A DNA stretch of 63,399 bases, filler included, from Craspedostauros australis (lineage: Eukaryota): assembly GCA_030167865.1 (NCBI GenBank). It is 5 parts of 5 records of this genome, joined end to end, with 100 filler letters (N's around TTAATTAATTAA, not from the genome) between each part and the next. Parts side by side here need not be neighbours in the genome. Positions count along the whole stretch, not along the records: positions 23,025 to 33,443 come from JALAGF010002858.1; positions 33,544 to 57,022 come from JALAGF010002859.1; 3 more parts are not named here. The stretch is one strand, 5' to 3'. Shown piece after piece: positions 30,431-41,231 of this stretch. The position numbers and the translations under genes are program-made. Position 1 is the first letter of the stretch, and every line of letters begins with the position of its first letter. The notes under the pieces are model-generated. The model ran no database searches, was not told where the DNA came from, and worked only from the letters and a program-made list of their open reading frames with translations.

Positions 30431-33400
30431 GACGAGGATTACTAAGACGTTGGAATACCCCATGGAGGCAATCACTCTTACCCAACGGCAGTGGGACTTC
30501 ATATACGCGCCGATTTGGACTAAGGCCCTTCCCCGAGGGGGTGTGGCCCGGTCGTTCCCAAGAGCTGTGCTTTACGGGCCCAGGGCCCATGGGGGGATTG
30601 GGATGCGCAACCCCGCGGTTTGGCAGCTGTCGGTGCAAATACAGTCGATGGCTCATGAGGTGAACACAGGCTCCATCACAGGCCGAATGATCCAGCTGTC
30701 GATCGAACAAACCAAGCTTGAGACCGCCGGAGGCGGACCACTTTTCCAGCAAAGCTTTGCCGAATGCAAGGGCCACATCACGCCGACGTGGGTGACCCAA
30801 GTGTGGTCGAACGCCCAGCGCTTCGGTGTTTCCATTGTGGAGACGGGGGTGTCAATCGAGAGACAACGAGTGGGAGATGTGTTCTTGCTGGACAGCTGGC
30901 GCTGTCAGGGGTATAGCTCCAAGCAGAAGGCGGTGCTCAATGAATGCCGCATGCAACTGGGGGTGGTTACCCTTGCGGATATGGTGACAGCGGATGGTAC
31001 CAGCATCATGCGACTGGCCTTTGACGGAGTTCAGGCGGGAACCCAGGGATCCAGCGGGCGCCCTCGCGTGCCACGGAAGCTTACCCGCAAACACTGGCTG
31101 CTGTGGCAAGAGTGGATTGAAGGATTGACGGAGGGCCGCCATCTGCGCTTACGACGACGAATGCAGGCGTGGCTGCGGGATGACAGGGGGTGGTTGTGGT
31201 GGCGACGGCCCAATGACGACGGTGTCGCATGGCAGCGGTTGGACTCCGGCTTCCGAGTGTGGCGCAGGACGCAAGGTCGGAGGGCAAGAAGGGCGGAGTT
31301 CCAAGCCACCAACGAGGTGAGCGCACGCCTGCCTACGCATGCCCGGCGCTCCTCCGTCCAGTGTGTGAACCCCCATGGGGTGGTGCTCGCAGTGGTAGAA
31401 ACGCCACGAATAGGGGAGACAGTGCCAAATACTCCGCGCGACAAGCCCGACGGTTCAAATCAAGCCTGGGAGCGGGACCAGGTGTCGGGCGATGCGTCAG
31501 ACGCGGAACTGAGAGCGGCCATTCGCAGAGGGGATCTTATGGCGGTCAGTGATGGCTCGTTCAAGCGAGGATTTGGGACGTCGGCCTACGTCTTACACAT
31601 CATGGACTCCGGGGTGCAGCGCACGGGGTGCAACGTAGTGCCAGGGGCAAGGGAAGTGCAGTCGGCGTACCGAAGTGAACTAGCTGGAGTGGCTGGGGTT
31701 CTGCGTGAGCTCGTGGAGCTGGAAAGGGGCGGCGACCTCGGACCAGGACCGGTAGTGATAGGGTTAGACGGGATGAAGGCGATGGAGAACAGCAGGGATG
31801 GAGTGGCACATGTGGGCAGGCCGTCGTTCGATATGCTAGATCATATCAAGGCGCTGCGTCGGAGGTTGGCTGTGGCGGTGCGTTTCCGGTGGGTGCGAGG
31901 GCACCAGGACGACCAGTCGGAAGTGCTGGATCAATGGGCGCTTCTCAATGTCCACTGCGATTCGGAGGCCAAAAAGTACTGGGACAAGATGCAGCACAAG
32001 ACACCACCCCAGTGGCGCAGCGACGGCTCATTTGCCTGGAAGTTGTACGTGGGAGACATGAAGTCGTCTTGGGCGGCCGCAGGCATACATGATGCAGTGG
32101 TAGGCGGGGCGGTTGAGACCTATTGGGACAAGAAAATGGGGCGAGTGCGACAGGACAGCGGCTCTATTGAGGCCCACGGGCGCCGAAGTGCATGTGCGAG
32201 AGCATCCTGGAAGCAGCGGCTGTTTGTGGCAAAGATGTCCACGGGCTTTATCGGGGTCGGCGTCAAGCTGAAGCAGTACGGCGCCGAAGAGCGGTGCCCG
32301 TGGTGTGGGCAGGCCGAGTCCGTTATGCATGTGGTCAGGTGTTCAGCTTCAGGAGGAGGCTGGGAGGAGTGCTTTCAACAGTACGTGGAGGAGTTGGAGA
32401 CCATCGGTACGAGTGGTCCGCTTGTCAGCTTGGTCTACTCAAGTCTTCGGGGGTTCTGTGGCCGTGCTGTGAGGGAGGGCTTCCAGGAGGAGGTTCCTGT
32501 GCGATGGTGGCCCGTTCTCATGGGCTGGATACCGCGAGATTGGTGTGAGCAGCAACAGAGGTGGTTCGTGGAGCACGGGTCGGGACGGCGTTTCTACACC
32601 GTGGAGTCCTGGGCCCGCGACGCGGTTCTGGCAGGTTGGCGCTTTGTGCACAGCATGTGGCGGTGTCGTAATCAGGCTAAGCAAGCGGAGGCGGCAGTCC
32701 TCGCCGCGATGAGTGCGCGACGTGAGGAGCTAGAGGAGGTCACGGAGAGACACAACGGTTTCAGTGGGTGGGAGGGGTGCGACTTGGCAGTGGCCGGGAG
32801 TGGTGCTGCACCTAGTCCGTTGGCGGGGGCTGACACGAGACGAGCATGGCTTCGGTTTGTGCGCGCAGTGCGTGCACGGGCCCCGGACAATGTCGCTGTG
32901 GAGGCGGCGGACTCCGGCGGCAGTGCGGTCGGCTCGAATCCACCAGATACGGGAGGGTCAGGCGAGTTTGCATGGTACAGCAGGGAGGACGATGGCGACT
33001 ATCGGGGCATTGTGGTCGACGATACAGACGCCGAAGGCGCTCCAGCCCGAGCACAGGCCGCCTGCGGCGGCCTGTGCAGGGCAGAGCGCCTTCGGCTGGG
33101 CATGGTGGGCGATTGAGGTGACGCGCTTCCCGTGTCGGCACGTGAGTGGGCCCCAGCCCCAGCCGAAGACGATCGGGCCCGAACCCGGGCCGCCTCCGGC
33201 AGCTCGGGTGCAGGCCGATCGCCTTCGGCTGGGGCCGTGGGCCCGTAGCAAGGCGGCCGTTTGGCGGGGACGGGTCTCAGGTCCGGCGCCCTAGGCACGG
33301 TGGTCGTCTGGATTTAGTGAGTGGGCGTGGCAGGCGCTCTTGTTTGTAATGCTCGACCTGGCCGTGGCCGTGCGTCGCGGTCGGGCGAGCCTAAAGCCCT

Positions 33401-33443
33401 CGGGGCACCCCTTTCTTGGGTTAGTCATTGTGGTTATTATTAT
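30430..33443 (+). mobile_element. 5'-truncated non-LTR retrotransposon with RNase H (diatom Ambal-like type)
   Basis: ORF starts in the post-RT region (KTLEYPM..LP..G..RSFPRAVLYGP..GGIG). Continues through LNECRM..VTLADM, RNase H, CCHC knuckle and W..RN motif, then a GC-rich structured 3' UTR and (TTA)n at the contig end. The 5' boundary is approximate. Confidence 0.82.
30432..33116 (+). CDS. C-terminal part of non-LTR retrotransposon ORF (RNase H + zinc knuckle); lacks RT and endonuclease
   Basis: AVSDGSF, SAYRSELAG, IGLDG, RWVRGHQD, NVHCDSEAK and CPWCGQAESVMHVVRC. Confidence 0.82.
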   Translation, partial: TRITKTLEYPMEAITLTQRQWDFIYAPIWTKALPRGGVARSFPRAVLYGPRAHGGIGMRNPAVWQLSVQIQSMAHEVNTGSITGRMIQLSIEQTKLETAGGGPLFQQSFAECKGHITPTWVTQVWSNAQRFGVSIVETGVSIERQRVGDVFLLDSWRCQGYSSKQKAVLNECRMQLGVVTLADMVTADGTSIMRLAFDGVQAGTQGSSGRPRVPRKLTRKHWLLWQEWIEGLTEGRHLRLRRRMQAWLRDDRGWLWWRRPNDDGVAWQRLDSGFRVWRRTQGRRARRAEFQATNEVSARLPTHARRSSVQCVNPHGVVLAVVETPRIGETVPNTPRDKPDGSNQAWERDQVSGDASDAELRAAIRRGDLMAVSDGSFKRGFGTSAYVLHIMDSGVQRTGCNVVPGAREVQSAYRSELAGVAGVLRELVELERGGDLGPGPVVIGLDGMKAMENSRDGVAHVGRPSFDMLDHIKALRRRLAVAVRFRWVRGHQDDQSEVLDQWALLNVHCDSEAKKYWDKMQHKTPPQWRSDGSFAWKLYVGDMKSSWAAAGIHDAVVGGAVETYWDKKMGRVRQDSGSIEAHGRRSACARASWKQRLFVAKMSTGFIGVGVKLKQYGAEERCPWCGQAESVMHVVRCSASGGGWEECFQQYVEELETIGTSGPLVSLVYSSLRGFCGRAVREGFQEEVPVRWWPVLMGWIPRDWCEQQQRWFVEHGSGRRFYTVESWARDAVLAGWRFVHSMWRCRNQAKQAEAAVLAAMSARREELEEVTERHNGFSGWEGCDLAVAGSGAAPSPLAGADTRRAWLRFVRAVRARAPDNVAVEAADSGGSAVGSNPPDTGGSGEFAWYSREDDGDYRGIVVDDTDAEGAPARAQAACGGLCRAERLRLGMVGD

Positions 33444-33543
33444 NNNNNNNNNNNNNNNNNNNNNNNNNNNNNNNNNNNNNNNNNNNNTTAATTAATTAAN
33501 NNNNNNNNNNNNNNNNNNNNNNNNNNNNNNNNNNNNNNNNNNN
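33444..33543. other. Artificial contig linker
   Basis: 44N-TTAATTAATTAA-44N. Confidence 0.97.
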
Positions 33544-34397
33544 ACGATACTGATCCAGTGTCTTTTGTCATGAACACTGCAACTGTGTTGTGCCCCAAAC
33601 AACAGAACTCTGCCACCTCTGCGACCCCGAAGAGAAACACCAAACGCTCACTCAGACGCCCAAAGGCAACAACCCCAATGGCACCTTAATTACTCCACAC
33701 ATCAATAGTCCCACACAAGTCAATCAANNNNNNNNNNNNNNNNNNNNNNNNNNNNNNNNNNNNNNNNNNCAGTTGCCAACAACACAGGAGTGGTGCTTCT
33801 CGGGTTTGTGAGTTGCTTCGCTCTCCGCACTCCAACACTGGTTGCCCCGGTCATGCTATTCAGTCCAAGCCACCGTAGCGTACGTGTTTCATTTCAGCTT
33901 ATTTTCCGACCTATGGTAATTTTTATTTTTTACCGTTGCTCCCGGGCGAGCAAAGCGTTCTCTGCAGAAACGGCAGATACGTTAGACGTTTGTGGACATT
34001 TCGCATTTAACAAGGGGGAACACATGCAATTCAACGCCAACCACCCAATCATGGGCGATGAATCGTGGAGAGCGCGGAGGAGGGAAAGTGAAGAAAACAA
34101 CAATGCCAAACACGAAAACCGCATTGCTCGCACAACAGCATTGGCGCGCGAAATCACAACCCATCCACAAAACATCGAAGGCCAGGCCACTCCGCTGATA
34201 CAGGCACTCCAGACGCGTGAGTATTACTGTTAGATCGTAGAATACTCAACGTCGAGGCTGTATCCGTATCCACCTCTCTCCGCCAGCAAGTTCGGACGAG
34301 AATAGCACAGCCCTTCGCCACAACCAAAGCCACAATTACAATCACAGCCAAGAGCGCAAAGCAAGTAAGCAAAACAAAGCCAAGCAAAGCAACCAAG

Positions 34398-36516
34398 ATG
34401 ACATCGATGACAGGAGAGGACGGCACCACCTTGCCCAAGCGCAGCGTCTGCGTGATCGGCTGCGGGCCCGGAGGCATGTTCTTCTGCCACAACATCAACA
34501 AGATCATCCAGGAACAGCGCGCATCGAAGGAAGGTGAGCAAAAGTCGGACCAAGGATCCGCGGAGCCCTTTCTTGACTGCGAGTACGACGTGCAATGCTT
34601 CGAGGCAGCGTCCAGCCACGGCGGCGTGTGGCGGAAGGCCAGCAACAACAAGACGACTGAGGACAATGCCGACAATGTGCCTGATGACACGAAGGTCGCC
34701 ATGTACGACAATCTCTGGACCAACGGACCGTCGTTCGCCATGGAGATGTACGACTACACCTTCGACGAGCACCTCAACGGCGGCGGGAACGAAAGCGAAA
34801 GCAAGGATGCCAACGAGCAGATCACAGTGTACCTGAAGCGCCAGACCGTGCTGGACTACATCACGGCGCGAGTCACCAGGAAATGCCCCGACTTCTTCGA
34901 GCGCTTCGTCCAATTCAACACCAAGGTGCTCAGTGTCGAATGGAAGGAGGATCTCGACAAGTTCGAGGTCACGACGGAGAACATGGAGCTGTCGGACAAG
35001 AAGACCCAGCTCTTTGACTACTGCGTTTGGGCCGGCGGAAACAATGGCAAGCAGAACATCCCCAAGCAACCGCTGCAGAGGATCAAGGAGGGTGGCTTCA
35101 CTGGGACCATCTTCCATTCTGCTGACTCGGCCTGCCTCGAGCAAGACCTGAAGGGCAAGAACGTTGTCCTGGTCGGAGCTGCTTACTCAGCCGAGGATCT
35201 GGGAAACCAGCTTGTCAAGCTTGGCGCCAACCATGTGCACATCCTATCGCGGTCCTCGGAGCCGGACATCCTAGACAACACGTGCTGGCCAGGCAATCGG
35301 GTGACGATCCACGTCGGAGCGCAGCTCAAGAACACCAATGAGAACACCATCTTCCTCGAACGCGTGCGCTGGGAATGGCCGGGTGAGTACCTTCTCGACG
35401 AGGAGGCCGAGGAGCTCCCTCCCATTCAGAATGTTGACACGATCATCTTCTGCACTGGGTATGGTGCTGGTGTGAGCATGCTGCACCCGTCACTCCGCCC
35501 TGGGCTTCATCGTGGTGATGGCAAGTCGAAGTTCACTAAGCTCGTTGTTCCAGACGATTGGAAGATGGAGATGGATCCTCTCAGGAAATTCGGCATTGAC
35601 GCCAAGGCTGAGGAGTGCGTCTACTTTTACGATTACCTCCCCGACTTTTATCATGGTGTCAAGGTAAGTCAATCTGTCAGTCCTCAGCACCCTGCGACGC
35701 TCATGATTTTCTTAACCCATGATGTGACCACGCAGGTGCGACCCAACATCACCGCTGCCGTGATCGGATGTTGAACCTCCACCACATTGATGTATCGACA
35801 CATTCTTACAGTCATCCCCCGTCTGCAATACAACGCAACTCTGCTCCACCTCTGCTTGTGTTTGTGCTTATACATGTTGTGTGAGTCTGCTTCATCTCAA
35901 CGGTATCCACTCACTTCGCGTTTTACCTGACCTGCTCTACACGCAGATCACCAACCGCAAAATGATGTTCATGGACCAAATTACGTACAATCCGATGTTC
36001 GATGCCGACGTTCTGGGTTGGTTCTTCGCCTCGCTGGTCACGGGACGGGTTGTTCTGACAGAAACAAATGAGGAGCTGGAACAGTTCAATCACAAGATGG
36101 CGCTGGAAATGCTCCAATCGAAGCACAACCGCGAATTCATGGACAAGAACTACTGTGATGCCATGGACCAAGCGTGGAAAGAAATTGACGAAGAGGAGTT
36201 GGACAAGTCCATCGAAGAATGTGCCCACCTTGACGACATGGTATTCACCAAGGTGCTTGCTGACGCGATGAAGATCAGCAAGTATCCCGTCAGCTTCGGG
36301 TCGCTGCAGGAACTCAACGAACGCGCCATGGAGATCGTCGCCCTGTTACAACTGGGTTCGGCTCATCGCTACAAGACCTTTGACGGTGCGAACGAATCCG
36401 CCGATCCGAAGGACTGGAGAACGTTCCGCGACTACGAGGACGCTGAAAAGTTCAAGTCGATCCACACGCATGCCCCAGCCCGAAAGCTGTCCAAGCCGTG
36501 GTTGCTGCATGATTGA
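34398..36516 (+). CDS. Flavin-containing monooxygenase (FMO); exons 34398-35663 and 35947-36516
   Basis: VIGCGPGG, FEAASSHGGVW, MYDNLWTN, FTGTIFHSAD, VGAAYSAED and IIFCTGY. Phase-0 GT-AG intron. Confidence 0.88.
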
Positions 36517-37043
36517 ATACAGCAGTCATCAAGAGCGACCACGCAGTCCAGTCCAGCACTCGCTCATTCTTGACAGCGATTTGATGTTGGTGTGCTCACT
36601 GCGGCACAGCAATTTCGATGTTGGCTGCCGAGCACGAAGTCGCTGGATGTAATATCACAGAGCGATGCTCCTCTCTCCCTTTTGCGTGTCAGCCAGTACG
36701 TTTCTCGAGCTGCCGTTCCACAGCAGGGATGATTTCTCACGGAAGATACCAGCAGCGGTGGTTCTCCCAAGCATCTTGTGAAATCGAGACCCAGGACAAG
36801 GGTCTTGTCGGCGCCGCTCCTCGGAACGGTTCAATTATGCTCGTGGCAGCATTTGCGGGACTCTGCCCGCATGGTGCTTGACTTCGACATGGTGCCAAAT
36901 GCAAGAATTGAAGATAGCGTTCAACGATACCATCATCTGCAGATGTATTCCATGCTTCATCTATCCGTGCGTTTCTGCGTTCTCAAGTCCAACAGATGTC
37001 GCCCGCGAAACGACACGAACATGAACCATGGCCACGGATTCCA

Positions 37044-37526
37044 TCATTCGAACATGCTCTTGTCGTACGTGTTGTGTTTGTACACCCTTGCAGCTTCCTG
37101 CCTCTCAGACTCGCGCACCTTCTTCTTCGCGTTGTTCTGCCTCACGAAGAAGTCCATCGGTGAGACACCTTGGAAAGCGTTGTTCTCCCACTTCTTGGGT
37201 TCGAAGCTCTTCTTGATGTTCTCTTCCGGAGCCCGGTACGCAAACTGCGGCTTCTCCTGTTCCTTGGGACCAGAGTACCCCTCACTATTGTTGAATTGAG
37301 CAGCGGCGGTGTCCGCGTCGTTCTGTGAAGGCGCTTTCGTCGCCGTGGTCGGTTGTGTTGGCGTTGCTGTTGTTGCTGCATTATCCTTCTTGTTGGCTTG
37401 ATGGTCGCAAGCTGGCTGGCCCGTATGCTGCGTGCTGCTGTTTTCAGTGGGATTTGCTTCGCATTTGGCAACGTCTTTGCCCTGCATCTGGAGACGCAGC
37501 TTCCATGCTGGGGTGCTCATCGTCAA
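37044..37526 (-). CDS. Hypothetical protein
   Basis: 160-aa ATG ORF with protein-like composition; no family recognised. Confidence 0.55.
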   Translation of the reverse strand: MTMSTPAWKLRLQMQGKDVAKCEANPTENSSTQHTGQPACDHQANKKDNAATTATPTQPTTATKAPSQNDADTAAAQFNNSEGYSGPKEQEKPQFAYRAPEENIKKSFEPKKWENNAFQGVSPMDFFVRQNNAKKKVRESERQEAARVYKHNTYDKSMFE

Positions 37527-38416
37527 TCGACCAATGGGTCAGCGAGTTGATCAAATGATAGGTGGATGGATGTCTCTTGGCCTCCTTGAGAAGAAATGGA
37601 GCAATGGAACGAGCGTGGGCGTTGACGTGTTTTGTCCTTCCCTTGTTTCTTCGCTCGATGTTTGTTTGTTTTTGTGACCAAAAAGATGACCCAACTCTGA
37701 AGCCAATCTCAGGAAGTCGTGACTGGACTCACTTGTTTCGCCTCTTCGGGAGCAGCGGCAAATAAGGAATTTACTCCAGACAGACAACGAACCCTCCAAG
37801 TTCACAGAACAATTGCGTGTTGAACGAAGCACCTCCAAGGTTGAGCGGTTTCTTGTTCCAGTCCTGCGCAAAGGCGCGCCTCGTACTGGCATGGTATAAT
37901 ACCATTCATCATCCGGTATGATGCCTTAACGACGGTTTGCGCACAGCTCCTCTATCTGCATTGACATCAATCTTACCGAAAACATACCTCCCTTTCAAAG
38001 TTGGGGGAAGACGGAAGCAGTCGTTGCAAATTGCCAACCGCCTGCATACCATACCATTCTTGGTTGCTGCCACAAGTATGGATGTGTCTACGAAGTCTTT
38101 GTATGGAGTAGGATGGATTGACTAGATATATACATGGAGAGAGAGGGAGAGCACTGCAATTGTACTGCTGTACAATGTTTGGATAGACATGATGCGCTCG
38201 CTGCATCTTTCCTTTCTTTGCTCTTGCCAGTCGTGGAGATGGCGTTAAAAATGGGCCGCGCTCGTTTGGAAGTATGGAATCCAAGCAGACGAGCAGGAGG
38301 TCTGCATGGACATGAACATGAGACCACAGATGTGGTACTCCCTGGGCTTGATTCGATCACACGGCCATGGCCAAGCCGAAGGTGGGCTCGCACGGTGCTA
38401 TCTGTTGGATTTTCAT

Positions 38417-39294
38417 CTATACCTCCCCAAAGTCAGAGAGCAAGAACGGCAGGCTGTGAAAGCTGGACGTCGAGATCTCGCATGCGGAATGCCGGTGCTG
38501 CGGACCCGTGCACGGGAGCTGCGATTTGTCAAATATGCACTTGAGGTTCTTGATCGGCTCGCTTTTCCTTCGTTTCGTGGAAGGTTGAGATGCAGAAGGT
38601 CCCAGTGATTGCTGCTCTTTCCATGACTGCAGAGCGATGCGGAGCTCGCTGCTGACCTTTTCTCTTGCGATTTCATCCCCCACTTCGTACCAACGGCCCG
38701 TTTTGCGATGCTTCTTGACAAACCCCCCTGCCGTGCTGTGCTCTCTGATGGAATCGACGATCCGCATGATCAGCAACGACTTATCCATCTTCGTCTTGGC
38801 CGAGATGAATTCTTTGAGGTAGATTTGAGCAAGGACTTTTAGTCTACGGTTGCCCACTGTCGTCATCACATTTTCATGCATGGTATGGGATCGTATGCAC
38901 ATGCAATTGCGTTTGTAAGGGAATAGTGGTGGGAAAGCAAGGTGAGATACGGCATGGCGTTGGACCCGTAGGTGGAAGAATGAAGTTCAATATCGTGCAA
39001 GCATCTGAATGTTTGAGAGAGAGAGATAGAGAGGTTGTATCCGTAGGGAGTGCAGATTGCGACCGTGCGCCCAGTACGCACGGCAAAGGGACATGTGTCT
39101 CGCGTCCGACTAAACTTACCATTGTCAAAGCAATCCTTGCCTCTCCCGCAGACCACGGACCACCTGTCTGGCTGGAATGATTTGGGTAGAGATGTCATCT
39201 TTTCGATCGGCATCTGACTTTTGATGCGGTTGTCGATGCAATCCGAGGTTTGCATCCACGTGTCTTTCCTGCTGAGGAGAAGTCGGTCGACCAT
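38417..39294 (-). CDS. DUF6824-domain protein; exons about 39294-39120 and 38856-38417
   Basis: VVCGRGK...|VGNRR...KS..I..IVD.IR...GGFVK...W.EVGD..AREKV, a diatom-expanded domain. Phase-1 intron 39119-38857; start uncertain. Confidence 0.8.
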
Positions 39295-41231
39295 TGTGCT
39301 TCGTGCTTGCGCTTGTGGAAATGTTTGTGGCTATGTGACGGAGCTCAGATAGATGGATGTTCTCGCGCGCTGATGCACTGATGCGCGTGGCTTCTTGCTC
39401 TTTGGTTGGAATATACTGCAAGAGTGTGTTGGGGATAACTGTGCTCGAGAGTGTGCTCCTGTTCGATGGAAGTTATTGGGCACGTGCTTGTGTTGGTGCT
39501 CAGCCAGGTGTCCGCTTTATCTTGTGTTGCCTTGCTTGTGGCGATTGATGCTGTGGCGTCGCGCTGTCGGATAGTATCTTGGTCAGGACTCGTACTCAGT
39601 CAGCTGGGGATTTGATTTTTCTCGTGGTCTTTGGTCTTTGCGACTGCTTTCAATTTATGACCACAATCGCGCACAAAGGAGAGAGAGAGAGCTGACGGAG
39701 CAGAGTAGAGCAGAGCGCGGAACAGAACATGAGCCGCAAAGATCGTTTGGTGAAGATGAGAAAGCGGCGCGAATTGATGTGAAAGACGCGCTCTGCACTC
39801 GAATCATGCCATCAGCCCCCACACAATAGAGTGGTTGGAACATACATGTGCAAGCGATACGTGCATGTTCTTGCCAAGCTCTACCACAATCCGTTCAGCG
39901 GCCCACCCACTTACGTAACCCGCACAGTACGAGCTAGTCGTGCTGTATGGTACACAGTTGTACCCGTATCATGATCATGACTTTCGCAACGAGAGAACAA
40001 GTATGGTATCATTGTGGCACCACATCGCACGCAATTGCTCCGCGATGATGGTACCGACACGAGAGAGTAGAAAGGTGGGATCTGTCTCTCTCGCGGTCGT
40101 CTGCAGATGACAGTCTCCAATCGCGCAGAGGCACAGGGCTCAAGATCATGTCGCAGGCGCGTGGCGATCGCTCCCCCGTAACGTAGGGGATTCGTATTCC
40201 GTCATCCACGCGGTGTTATCCATGCGTGGGTAGCGTGGTCGCTGTAGCCTTCTGGTGTGTTCCTTGGAGTAGTCGGCCTATGTTTGGTAAGACCAACTCT
40301 CCCTATTTATCCCTTTCACCGGTTGACCTTTTTCGCCCGTTCATTTAGGTGTTCTGTGTTGGCCAGCTAACCGATTCAAAGCGTCTGTGCGTCCATCATG
40401 TTTGCGTGAGAAGGGCGATTCCTCGCGTGGTAGTTTTTCCTCGTTGCAATTTTGACACGATCGAATGTCGGATCGCTTAGCTCGCCTTGGCAACTGCCTT
40501 TTGCGGTTCCATGAGAATGCTGACCAATGACACTTGAATAAGGCGCCTGACGGCTGCGACATGACGGTTTCCAATTTCACCTGTTAGTGAAGTGTGATCC
40601 CACCCCCGCGAGAGCATGCCGATGCGGTTCTCGGCTCACAAAATGATGCTTCGACTCAGTGGGTGGTGTCGCGGATCGCAAATCAAAAGCACGGCGAGTT
40701 CGTGGCTCGCGAAGGGAGTTGGTTGGCACGATCAAGCCGCCGCAGCCACCACCTTGGCTCCCGGCGGTTCCATCCGCTTGGGTCAGTGCCTGCATCTTTG
40801 CTTCTCTTGTCGTGAGCACACTATCCACCATCGTATGCACCCCCTTTCCTTGGTCTGGGTGCCATCAACGAGCGTCCGAGTGGCGGCGCGTACCTCGGAG
40901 CACAAGGGCAAGCGAGCCCCCCTCAACTCTTCTGAGGACTCGGCGTGGCATGTCATGGCATGGCATGGTTCGGCAAAGGGCGAGCCAACGCTTCGAATTG
41001 CCGCTGCCTCTGTCACCGTCACCACAACCACCAGTTGTGGCACGAACCTGATCGCAATCGTGCGTGTGGATCTAACATGCGGCACTAGATTTGACGGTAC
41101 TGCGAGTAGTTCTTCGACATGCTTCGATATGTGGAGTATGTATTACGCATTTGATTTCAATGACGCTCGTCCAAGGATCGCCTCCATGCGACGGCTCGCA
41201 CAGCTTGCACGCCTGATCCCACCTGCATGTG

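Noticed and set aside
32930..32945. GGCTCGAATCCACCA, resembling a tRNA T-arm/CCA end
   Set aside because: No cloverleaf could be built, and it lies inside the retroelement ORF.
34230..35144. 304-aa minus-strand ORF opposite the FMO
   Set aside because: Antisense shadow ORF.
39430..41230. Several short overlapping ORFs between the DUF6824 and PLP-lyase genes
   Set aside because: No motifs or consistent frame; cannot be supported as coding.
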